The notes under the pieces: generated by a model | Database searches by the model: none | The model's input: only the letters and a program-made list of their open reading frames with translations | What the model was told of the DNA's origin: nothing | Part shown: positions 18,090 through 26,418 of the stretch, one piece after another | Position numbering within the stretch: position 1 is the stretch's first letter | How the letters are laid out: the number at the start of each line of letters is the position of its first letter | Origin: Patescibacteria group bacterium | Lineage (GTDB): Bacteria > Patescibacteriota > Minisyncoccia > 2-02-FULL-40-12 | Direction: 5' to 3' | Assembly (NCBI GenBank): GCA_038065855.1 | Contig: JBBTQD010000013.1 | Span: 1-57,988 of the forward strand | DNA length: 57,988 bases | Position numbers and translations under genes: made by a program

Positions 18090-19412
18090 ATGGTTCAAAT
18101 AAAAAAACACAAACTCATTGCGATTATATTACTGCTTGGTTTTATTGCTACTGTTTCGTATGCGTTTTATTTTCATGTAAAGCCGTCGGTTGACGCCAAG
18201 GCCTATGATAGTATCGCTTGGAGCATAGTCCAGGGCACTGGCTATACTGAAACTACTAGTCTGTTGCCTGATTCGGCTATCGGTCGTCTCGGCCCGGGAT
18301 ATGAATTTTTCCTGGCGGCCATATATTGGGTTTTTGGCCATCAGCTTTGGATCGTCTGGATAATACAGTCAATTTTACACACTGCTTCCGCGTTCATTGT
18401 TTATTGCCTGATCCGCCGGCTCTATTTTAACGATAACGCGGAAAAATACGCGGCCATCGGAGCCGGTTTCTATATTTTTTTTATTGATCTTCTGGAGTTC
18501 CCGGCCATGCTTCTGACCGAGACCCTCTACCTATTTCTTGTGTTATCAGGGATTTATTTTGCTCTTTTAATGTGGGAAAAGCCCGCCTTGCGGAATGTTC
18601 TGACGACAAGCGCGCTTTTTACCCTTGCGCTTTTAGTGCGTCCGCCGGTTACTATTTTAATGCTGGTGGCTTTCGGGTTTTTGATGTCCAGACGCCTTTG
18701 GCGCTACGCGGCTATTTTTGCTGTTACGGCGGTGATTATACTTACGCCATGGACGGTGCGCAATTATTTAAAGTACCAGCGATTCATTGTTACCAGCGCC
18801 ATTCTGGGCTATGACGTTTGGGTTGGTAACAGCCCTGATTCAAAATATATCGGGGAATTAACCGCGACAGAAGAAATTGATCGTTATACCGCGGAAGAAG
18901 GCCTTTTTGCGGCGAATAAAAGAGGAATAAGGGAAGTGTTGAATCTGGCGCTCAAACATCCCTTGGAGTTTATCAAACTTCAGCTCGTCAAGACCTCCAT
19001 TTATTTCAGCGCCGCGAGGCCGGCCGCTTTCTGGTTTCATTTATCAGGAATTTCCAGATTGTTGACCATTATATTCTCCAGCATTTTTGCTTTTGTTATT
19101 TTTACGTTTGGGTTTTCCGGTTTGTGGATGTATATAAAAAAGCGTGATCTTATATCGCGGATGATGGTGCTAACCACACTGGCGGCGCCAGCCGGGATTA
19201 TTTGGATCGTGGCTGAAACCCGCTATCGGTACCAGATTTACCCGATGATGATAATTCTGGGGGTGTTGTTTCTCGCAGAATTATTAAAAGATTGGCGAAA
19301 ATATAAGACTACTATTATTACCGCAGCTCTTATTATCAGTGTTAATACAGCTTTTGATGTTATTTTTAATATTCCTCGGGTGCTTGAGAGATTTCATCGT
19401 CTATTCTTATGA
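18090..19412 (+). CDS. ArnT/PMT_2-family membrane glycosyltransferase (GT-C)
   Basis: 440 aa, polytopic. The first periplasmic loop carries DAKAYDSIAWSIVQGTGY, the D-x-x-Y...G-x-G pattern typical of GT83/PMT_2. Confidence 0.7.
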   Translation: MVQIKKHKLIAIILLLGFIATVSYAFYFHVKPSVDAKAYDSIAWSIVQGTGYTETTSLLPDSAIGRLGPGYEFFLAAIYWVFGHQLWIVWIIQSILHTASAFIVYCLIRRLYFNDNAEKYAAIGAGFYIFFIDLLEFPAMLLTETLYLFLVLSGIYFALLMWEKPALRNVLTTSALFTLALLVRPPVTILMLVAFGFLMSRRLWRYAAIFAVTAVIILTPWTVRNYLKYQRFIVTSAILGYDVWVGNSPDSKYIGELTATEEIDRYTAEEGLFAANKRGIREVLNLALKHPLEFIKLQLVKTSIYFSAARPAAFWFHLSGISRLLTIIFSSIFAFVIFTFGFSGLWMYIKKRDLISRMMVLTTLAAPAGIIWIVAETRYRYQIYPMMIILGVLFLAELLKDWRKYKTTIITAALIISVNTAFDVIFNIPRVLERFHRLFL

Positions 19413-20293
19413 GTAACCATTCAACCATCATAATTACAGGAAGTAGTGGGTTTATTGGATCAAGCCTAGTTTCTTATTTTCTTAAATTAGGATTTCGGGT
19501 AAGAGCTTTTCAGCGTAGTCTGCCTAAACAAAAAAGTCCCCCAGCCGCTTATTATTCTTTTGATTTGGCCGATGTTCAAGATCAAGGATTTGCCGGGGCT
19601 AATTATTTGATTCATTGCGCTTATCGGCCCATTATTAGTAGGCAAGACAAAGAATCAGATGTAAATATAGACATAGAAGGAACGAAAAAAATTATTTCTC
19701 TTTCAAGAAAACATGCCATCAAAATGGTTTTTCTATCAACTGTATCCGCTCACTCAAACGCCGAGTCCTATTATGCAAGACACAAATTATTGGCTGAAGA
19801 CCTGTTTGATATTAAGAAAGATTTGATTTTGAAGCTTGGGCTAGTTCTTGGATCGGGCGGCGGACTTTTTGGGAAAATCGTATCCAGCTTGAAAAATCAT
19901 AAAATAGTTCCTTTGGTTGGCGGAGGACGGCAGAGGATTCAAACCATAGCTCTTGACGACCTCTGTCGGATTATCGAAATAGGGATTAACAAAAATATTG
20001 TCGGCAATTTTACTATTGCCCACCCCTCTATTATTACTATGAATGAATTATATCGGAAGATGGCTCATTGTATTGGCGTCCAACCATTATTTATACCAGT
20101 GCCCTTAGCAGTTACCTATCGATTCTCGCAATTAATGGAAAAGATGGATTTCAAGTTGCCGTTTACTTCAGAGAATGTTTTGGGGCTCAAAGATTTAAAA
20201 ACTTTTAACACAAATCCAGGCTTAGAGGTGTTCGGATTAAAAATCAAGGACTATAAAACAACATTGAATCAATTAAACCCTCACATTATCTAA
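19409..20293 (+). CDS. NAD-dependent epimerase/dehydratase family protein
   Basis: IIITGSSGFIGSSL Rossmann motif; YYARHK (YxxxK). Confidence 0.7.
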   Translation: MSNHSTIIITGSSGFIGSSLVSYFLKLGFRVRAFQRSLPKQKSPPAAYYSFDLADVQDQGFAGANYLIHCAYRPIISRQDKESDVNIDIEGTKKIISLSRKHAIKMVFLSTVSAHSNAESYYARHKLLAEDLFDIKKDLILKLGLVLGSGGGLFGKIVSSLKNHKIVPLVGGGRQRIQTIALDDLCRIIEIGINKNIVGNFTIAHPSIITMNELYRKMAHCIGVQPLFIPVPLAVTYRFSQLMEKMDFKLPFTSENVLGLKDLKTFNTNPGLEVFGLKIKDYKTTLNQLNPHII

Positions 20294-21048
20294 TGCAAAC
20301 CAGTGATACTCATACGAGTCTGAAAAAGATAGAAGATAAGCCAGAATTATCCGTGGTGGTTTTATGTTATAAAAGTGGCGAGACGATAATTTCTTATGTG
20401 GAACAAATGGAAAAGGAATTCCGTGAGGGGGGAATGAATAATTACGAATTAGTATTAGTTGGGAATTATTTTCCAGGAACTAACGATAAAACTCCTTTGA
20501 TAATTCGTAAGCTTGCAGAAAAGAATCCCAAGATAGTCCCGATAACATTAGAGAAAAAAGGGATGCTGGGTTGGGACGTGATAACGGGATTCAAGGCGGC
20601 TAACGGGGAAGCAATTGCGTTTATCGATGGAGACGGGCAGATGCCGTCTCGGGACATTGTCCGGCTATACCGAGTCCTTAAAAGCGGTGAATTTGATCTC
20701 GTAAAAACATTTCGGAAAACGCGGATGGACGGAGCTTATCGAAAATTTATTTCTAGCTGGTATAATATGATTTTCCATATTCTTTTTCCGGGGGCGTCCT
20801 TTAGAGATGTAAATGCAAAGCCAAAATTAATGACTAGGGAAGCCTACAATAAAATGAATCTTTCTTGTGATGGTTGGTTTATTGACGGGGAGATTATGCT
20901 CGAATCTATCCGTTTAGATATGAATGTGGCCGAAGTGCCCACTGTTTTTCAGAAAAATGAATGGCGGGGAAGTTTCGTCAAAATATGGACGATTTTCGAA
21001 TTCTTGGCTTATATGATTTTTTATAGGATTAAATACTGGTTCAAATAA
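20293..21048 (+). CDS. GT2 glycosyltransferase (polyprenol-phosphate sugar synthase-like)
   Basis: LSVVVLCYKSGETI...; FIDGDGQMP (DxD). A C-terminal hydrophobic segment resembles ArnC/GtrB-type enzymes. TAATG junction with the upstream gene. Confidence 0.7.
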   Translation: MQTSDTHTSLKKIEDKPELSVVVLCYKSGETIISYVEQMEKEFREGGMNNYELVLVGNYFPGTNDKTPLIIRKLAEKNPKIVPITLEKKGMLGWDVITGFKAANGEAIAFIDGDGQMPSRDIVRLYRVLKSGEFDLVKTFRKTRMDGAYRKFISSWYNMIFHILFPGASFRDVNAKPKLMTREAYNKMNLSCDGWFIDGEIMLESIRLDMNVAEVPTVFQKNEWRGSFVKIWTIFEFLAYMIFYRIKYWFK

Positions 21049-21785
21049 TGGAGGCGCAATCAATAAAAGAATACGAACAATTAGAAAAATATTATTGGTG
21101 GTTTGTCGGCCGCCGCAGGATCATAGATGGGATCTTAAAAAAGTATTTTTTTGAAGCACAATTAAGAATTCTTGATTGGGGCTGCGGTCCGGGAGGCAAC
21201 TTTCAGTTTTTGGAAAAGTATGGTCAGGTTTTAGGTGTTGATGCATCAGACGAAGCAATAAGAGCCTGCAGAGAAAAAGGGATTCAACAAGTAATCAAGG
21301 CAGGGGATTTGAGCGAATTCAAGTCTGATATCAAATTTGATCTGATTACTAATTTTGATGTTTTGGAACATATTCAAGAAGATGATAAGTTTCTCTTGGA
21401 TTTGAGAAAATTTTTAATCCCCGGTGGTTATGTTTTGGTCACTGTGCCAGCGTATCAATTCTTGTGGACCGGACTTGATGAGGTTTTGGGGCATAAGAGA
21501 AGATATACAAAAAATGAAATTTGCCAAAAATTTAGACGCTCCGGCTATCAGGTTGTCATGGCTTCATATTTTATTTTTTTTCTTAGTCCTGCCTTTATTT
21601 TATACAGGATGATTCAGAAGATAAAAAAGAGTAACACGATTAGTTTAAATCAATCCGTCTCCAAGCTTCCTAAAATAGTTAATTGGCTATTTACTAAAGT
21701 CTTGTTCTTAGAAGCTTTAATTGTGCCTCATCTAAATTTACCATTCGGCACTTCAATAATAATTTTAGCTAAGCGAGATAGTTGA
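21048..21785 (+). CDS. Class I SAM-dependent methyltransferase with C-terminal membrane segment
   Basis: ILDWGCGPGGNFQFL; FDLITNFDVLEHI; hydrophobic C-terminal helices. Confidence 0.7.
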   Translation: MEAQSIKEYEQLEKYYWWFVGRRRIIDGILKKYFFEAQLRILDWGCGPGGNFQFLEKYGQVLGVDASDEAIRACREKGIQQVIKAGDLSEFKSDIKFDLITNFDVLEHIQEDDKFLLDLRKFLIPGGYVLVTVPAYQFLWTGLDEVLGHKRRYTKNEICQKFRRSGYQVVMASYFIFFLSPAFILYRMIQKIKKSNTISLNQSVSKLPKIVNWLFTKVLFLEALIVPHLNLPFGTSIIILAKRDS

Positions 21786-21789
21786 GCTA

Positions 21790-23250
21790 TTATGGGCTCA
21801 ATTTATAGATTTCCCACTTTCCGTTAAGTACGAGCGCGTAACGCCCCAATTGTTTTAATTGAGTGTCTGAAAGCAGACTGTTTTGATCGTAACCGGCTGG
21901 CATAACCAATAGGTTAGGCAGTTCTTCCTGGTCTAGATCAAGCGGGTTAAAGCCAAAAATAACCTGATCTGTCTCCCGGATATAATGGATTTTTTTCTCC
22001 GGTGGGAGGAAGGCCGCAATATGGGGGCTATTTAAAACGCCTATCACTTCGGTTTGGTATTGAGCCAGAAATTTCAGCGCCTCAAGATGGCTAGTATTTT
22101 TGTAAATTACATTGGAGAAAAATATAAATTGGACAAGGTGCAAAAGACTTAGGCCCCCGATTGCGATAGTCCACAAATAACGAAATGGAAGTTTTCTAAA
22201 GAGAATTAGACGCAGTTGCAGTTTTTGGATAAGCCAAGCGGCTGTAAATGGCAGAAAAAGCAGGATAAGAAGCTGGAGGGGAAGAAGATAGCGAATCCTG
22301 CCGGGACTTTTCAGGAAATACAATAGGTCTAAAATCCCGTACATGGATACAAATAAAACCAATAAATCCTTCTTGGCGAATTTTGTTTTTAGGGCTGATA
22401 TTACTAGTATTGCGAGAAGTGAGAAGTATATAAGTGTAGTTTGTGAGATAAAACTTTTAATATTATTTAGAATACTTAGCCGGGCCGAGTATGAACTGCC
22501 AAAAGCGTTCTGATAGAAATTAATTACATTTTGCCATGTGTTTAATAGTAATGGTTGGGGGAGTTGGAAAATAATCCAAAATATAATAGGAATAGTTATG
22601 CCAAACCCGATAGGTATAAGATTACGAAAAGAACGCCGCCAATCCGCTATAAGGTATGTGAGAATAAGGGCCGGTATAATAAACAAATAGACTGATGGTT
22701 TTGCGGCAACTGCCAGACCAAAAAATATTCCGGCCAGGAATTTCCTTTCTTTTTTAAGCAATAGAAGAAGCGCTAGAAGAAGCAATGCAAATCCTGGAAT
22801 ATCACCCATCACTTTTCGTCCGCTGTCATGAAACGATGCAAATCCGGCAATGAGCGCTATCGCGCCCGCCGCATATGAAGCATTCCAGAAATTCTTGACG
22901 AAAAACCAGGCGGTGACAAGAAATATAACTAGCCAGATTAATGCATAGATACGTGCTTGGGTAAATCCGAAACCGAAGATTTTAAAAAATGCCGCTAGCG
23001 GCAGAGTAACTGGAAAACCGGTACTACCAGTGATGTATGGAAAGCCAGAAAATTGACCAGGCGCCGTGAGCACGTCGAGCACTCCAAAAAGCTGGAAATT
23101 TCTCGCCACTTCAATAGCAGAAGCTTCATCATAAAATATGCGTGGGAATACTGTAAGATATTGAATGGATATAATGGTAACAACAATCAAAATAATCCAA
23201 AAAATAAAAATAGAAGGCAGATTAGTTTTAAACATTGTATCATTTATCAT
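21790..23250 (-). CDS. ArnT/PMT_2-family membrane glycosyltransferase (GT-C)
   Basis: 486 aa, polytopic. The first loop carries FYDEASAIEVARNF, the DE..Y/A motif of PMT_2-like enzymes. An alternative start lies at 23235 (MFKTNL). Confidence 0.65.
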   Translation of the reverse strand: MINDTMFKTNLPSIFIFWIILIVVTIISIQYLTVFPRIFYDEASAIEVARNFQLFGVLDVLTAPGQFSGFPYITGSTGFPVTLPLAAFFKIFGFGFTQARIYALIWLVIFLVTAWFFVKNFWNASYAAGAIALIAGFASFHDSGRKVMGDIPGFALLLLALLLLLKKERKFLAGIFFGLAVAAKPSVYLFIIPALILTYLIADWRRSFRNLIPIGFGITIPIIFWIIFQLPQPLLLNTWQNVINFYQNAFGSSYSARLSILNNIKSFISQTTLIYFSLLAILVISALKTKFAKKDLLVLFVSMYGILDLLYFLKSPGRIRYLLPLQLLILLFLPFTAAWLIQKLQLRLILFRKLPFRYLWTIAIGGLSLLHLVQFIFFSNVIYKNTSHLEALKFLAQYQTEVIGVLNSPHIAAFLPPEKKIHYIRETDQVIFGFNPLDLDQEELPNLLVMPAGYDQNSLLSDTQLKQLGRYALVLNGKWEIYKLSP

Positions 23251-23255
23251 ATAGT

Positions 23256-24314
23256 ATGAAATCTATCATTTCCAGAGTTTCTATTATTTTATTCGGATGC
23301 CTCCTTGCTTTTATTGTGGGAGAAATAACTTTGCGCCGGCTCGGTTATGCGGCTAGTGATATTTATACCCAAGGACATGCGGGACTTTTAATCTTGAATC
23401 CAAATAAGAATATTCATATCCGCGGAGGTTGTTTTCAAAATAATGTAAAAACAAATAGTTATGGATTTCATTCTCGGGAATATTCATTGGAAAAACCAGA
23501 AGGAGTGTTCCGGGTAGCTCTCATTGGAGATTCATATATAGAAGCGATGCAAATTAAGCAGGACAAAACGGTAGCGTCATTGCTTGAGCAAAAACTTAAT
23601 TCTTTGAATCCTCGTTCTTATAGATATGAAGTTATTCCGTTTGGTATTTCAAGCCACGGGACTTACAAGAGCATATTATATTTTGAAAAATATGCCATTG
23701 AGTTCTCGCCGGATTTAGTAATTGCCGCTTTTTCTTTGAATGATGCTCAAGATGATGCCTTTGAACCCAGCGTTACGCCTTCTCCGGGTATCTCTAAGTC
23801 GGTTAAGAAGATTCTTCGGAAATCTGTGCTTATTACAACATTGCGGAAAAGCTATCTGACTGCTATATCAAATCCAGAGAAAAATTCCGATAAATTATCA
23901 GCAGAAGTTGAAATTTTACTGCCGGAATATAATGATTTTTGGCGAAACGCGTGGATTCGAGAAGAAAAATTACTAAAAAACTTCAAGGACGAGGTCACTA
24001 AAAATAATTCCAATTTTATGCTAGTATCTCTTACGGACGGATATAGAGTCCATAAAGAGCTATTAGAGAAATTTAAGGATACAACTCAAGGTAATTCTAT
24101 TGATCTGGATAAGCCCGAAAAGATTTTAAGTCTGATTGCCCGAGAAAATTCCTTCCCTTATCTGGCTCTTACTCAATTATTCAGAGAGCGGGCGCAAAAA
24201 GAGGATGAGATGACTGTCTGGTCCTGTGATGGGCATTGGAATGAAGAGGGGCATAAGTGGGCTAGCGATGCCTTGTTTGATTATTTGGTATCGCAAAAAC
24301 TTATAGGCAATTAA
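23256..24314 (+). CDS. SGNH/AlgX-AlgJ-like hydrolase or O-acyltransferase-like protein, membrane anchored
   Basis: N-terminal TM helix; VALIGDSYIE (GDS block); SLNDAQDD; CDGHWNEEGHKW (DxHW-type block). I prefer the ATG at 23256 over the listed TTG at 23235. Confidence 0.5.
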   Translation: MKSIISRVSIILFGCLLAFIVGEITLRRLGYAASDIYTQGHAGLLILNPNKNIHIRGGCFQNNVKTNSYGFHSREYSLEKPEGVFRVALIGDSYIEAMQIKQDKTVASLLEQKLNSLNPRSYRYEVIPFGISSHGTYKSILYFEKYAIEFSPDLVIAAFSLNDAQDDAFEPSVTPSPGISKSVKKILRKSVLITTLRKSYLTAISNPEKNSDKLSAEVEILLPEYNDFWRNAWIREEKLLKNFKDEVTKNNSNFMLVSLTDGYRVHKELLEKFKDTTQGNSIDLDKPEKILSLIARENSFPYLALTQLFRERAQKEDEMTVWSCDGHWNEEGHKWASDALFDYLVSQKLIGN

Positions 24315-24315
24315 T

Positions 24316-24495
24316 ATGAATTTTTTTCAATCATTTAAAACAAGATTTGTCATACTGGGGTATTTATTGGAGTTTTTAGCGAAGAATAAGCTTTGGTGGA
24401 TGATTCCGATGGTGCTTCTTCTATTTCTCTTCTTTATAATTATTATTCTTGGGCAAAGTACGCCTCTGGGCCCGTTTATTTATACAATTTTTTAA
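24316..24495 (+). CDS. 59-aa membrane protein resembling the DUF5989 family that accompanies carbamoyltransferases (below the ORF-track length cutoff)
   Basis: ATG at 24316, TAA at 24493-24495. Translation: MNFFQSFKTRFVILGYLLEFLAKNKLWWMIPMVLLLFLFFIIIILGQSTPLGPFIYTIF. The ...F[LM]...K[KL]WW[LM].P....L...G.L.....S...PFIY..F pattern matches my recollection of DUF5989. Confidence 0.6.
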   Translation: MNFFQSFKTRFVILGYLLEFLAKNKLWWMIPMVLLLFLFFIIIILGQSTPLGPFIYTIF

Positions 24496-24710
24496 TGCTT
24501 TCTTGTCTGTGGAAAAATTGGAAAAGATTCGGATTTTTTATCGGAAATATAATTTCCAATGTTTTTTTAACCATTTTTTATTTTACCATCTTTGCTTTAT
24601 TTGCCATTCCCTATAAGATAATTACCTACTATAAAAAATCTTCAGGTTCTAATTTTAAGTTGCCTCGAAAACAAATGCGCACGCTTGAGGATTTTCAAAA
24701 AGAGTTTTGA
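24495..24710 (+). CDS. 71-aa membrane protein, possibly an SxtJ-like fragment
   Basis: ATG at 24495 overlaps the previous TAA (TAATG), and the gene ends 1 nt before the carbamoyltransferase ATG. Contains one long hydrophobic hairpin (FGFFIGNIISNVFLTIFYFTIFALFAIPYKII). The listed ORF 24393..24710 extends the N-terminus across the previous gene. Confidence 0.45.
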   Translation: MLSCLWKNWKRFGFFIGNIISNVFLTIFYFTIFALFAIPYKIITYYKKSSGSNFKLPRKQMRTLEDFQKEF

Positions 24711-24711
24711 C

Positions 24712-26418
24712 ATGAAAATCCTTGGGCTTTCTTTTTTCTATCATGATGCCGCCGCTTGTCTCCTTATTGACGGAGTTCCTGCGGCTATGGCAGAAGAGGA
24801 ACGGTTTTCCAGAAAAAAACACGATTCCGGATTTCCTTCATTTGCAATTGATTTTGTTTTGAAAAAAGCAAATGTAAAAGCATGCGATGTTGATTGGGTG
24901 GTTTTCTATGAAAAACCGTTTATAAAATTTGAGCGGATTATTAAAACTGCGCTGAAAACTTTCCCTTGGGCTCCGGGAGTATTTCGCGAATCAATAAAGC
25001 ATTTATTTCTTAATAAACTTTGGATCAGGCATCTTATAGCCGTCGAGCTCGGCATCAGTCCCCAGAAAGTGCTTTTTTCAAACCATCATCTTTCCCATGC
25101 TGCATCCGCGTTTTTTTGTTCGCCTTGGGACAAGGCCGCAATTTTAACAGTTGATGGAGTAGGAGAATGGGCAACAGCGGCCTTGGCGCTTGGACAAGGA
25201 AATAAAATTGAGATTTTAAAGGAAATACATTTTCCGCACTCATTAGGTTTATTATATTCGGCTTTTACTGCATTTCTTGGATTTGAGGTAAATGAAGGGG
25301 AATACAAAGTTATGGGCATGGCTCCATACGGAACTCCGCGCTATACCGATAAAATAAAACAGTTAATCACACTTGCTGACGATTCTTCTTTCAAATTAAA
25401 CTTGGATTATTTTAATTTTCAGAGTTCGCTTTCGGAAACTTTTTCAAATAAAATGATTGAATTATTCGGGAAACCCCGGGATAAAAATTCTCATTTACAG
25501 GAATTTTATGCTGATATTGCCGCCTCAATTCAAGCGGTTTTAGAGGAGCATCTAGTTGCTTTAGCTAAGCACCTCTACAAATTAACCGGGCTAGATAAAT
25601 TATGTCTTGCCGGAGGAGTGGCGTTGAATTCTGTCACGAATTGGAAAATTAGGGAGCAAACTCCATTTAAGCAGATTTACATCCAACCCGCAGCCGGAGA
25701 TGGCGGCGGCTCTTTGGGAGCGGCTCTGGCCGTATATCGCATTGCGTTTAATAATGATAAGAGGTTTGTTATGGAGCATGCTTATTATGGGGCTTCGTAT
25801 TCTTCTCAAGAGATTGAGGCTGTTTTACAAGATAAAAATTTAAGGTTTGAATATATTAATTCGGAAGATAATCTTTTGGAAAAAGTATCTAGTTTTATAG
25901 TGGAAGGAAAAGTCATCGGATGGTTTAATGGGCCTTTTGAGTGGGGACCTCGCGCTCTTGGAGCCCGATCAATTCTTGCGGATCCCCGGCGGGAAGAGAT
26001 GAAAAATATTGTTAATACAAAAATAAAATTCCGAGAGCCGTATCGGCCTTTTGCTCCATCGGTATTAGTAGAATATGCTGAAGAATTTTTTGAATTGCCA
26101 AACGCCCAATCTCATTATCCTAGCCGCTTTATGCTCTATGTGGTGTCGGTTAAAAAAGATAAGCAAGAACTTGTCCCAGCCATTACTCATGTTGACGGGA
26201 CTAGCCGCCCTCAATTAGTATATCGGGAATATTCGCCCCGGTATTGGAAATTAATTGACCGATTCAGGCAGAAGACTTCTATCCCGATGCTCTTGAACAC
26301 TTCATTTAATCTTCGGGGAGAGCCGATTGTAAATACTCCTGAAAATGCTATAAATACGTTTTTAAGAAGCGGAATGGATATATTGGTTTTGGAGAATTTT
26401 ATCGTGTACAAAACATGA
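24712..26418 (+). CDS. Carbamoyltransferase (NodU/CmcH family)
   Basis: MKILGLSFFYHDAAACLLIDG...AMAEEERFSRKKHD...; HHLSHAASAFF; C-terminal GPRALGARSILADPR...KFREPYRPFAPSV...HVDGTSRPQ...LLNTSFN. Confidence 0.9.
   Translation: MKILGLSFFYHDAAACLLIDGVPAAMAEEERFSRKKHDSGFPSFAIDFVLKKANVKACDVDWVVFYEKPFIKFERIIKTALKTFPWAPGVFRESIKHLFLNKLWIRHLIAVELGISPQKVLFSNHHLSHAASAFFCSPWDKAAILTVDGVGEWATAALALGQGNKIEILKEIHFPHSLGLLYSAFTAFLGFEVNEGEYKVMGMAPYGTPRYTDKIKQLITLADDSSFKLNLDYFNFQSSLSETFSNKMIELFGKPRDKNSHLQEFYADIAASIQAVLEEHLVALAKHLYKLTGLDKLCLAGGVALNSVTNWKIREQTPFKQIYIQPAAGDGGGSLGAALAVYRIAFNNDKRFVMEHAYYGASYSSQEIEAVLQDKNLRFEYINSEDNLLEKVSSFIVEGKVIGWFNGPFEWGPRALGARSILADPRREEMKNIVNTKIKFREPYRPFAPSVLVEYAEEFFELPNAQSHYPSRFMLYVVSVKKDKQELVPAITHVDGTSRPQLVYREYSPRYWKLIDRFRQKTSIPMLLNTSFNLRGEPIVNTPENAINTFLRSGMDILVLENFIVYKT

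Noticed and set aside
24393-24494. The N-terminal 34 codons of the listed ORF 24393-24710.
   Set aside because: They overlap, out of frame, the 59-aa DUF5989-like ORF, which has a far more convincing sequence. The TAATG junction at 24493-24497 gives a natural start at 24495.
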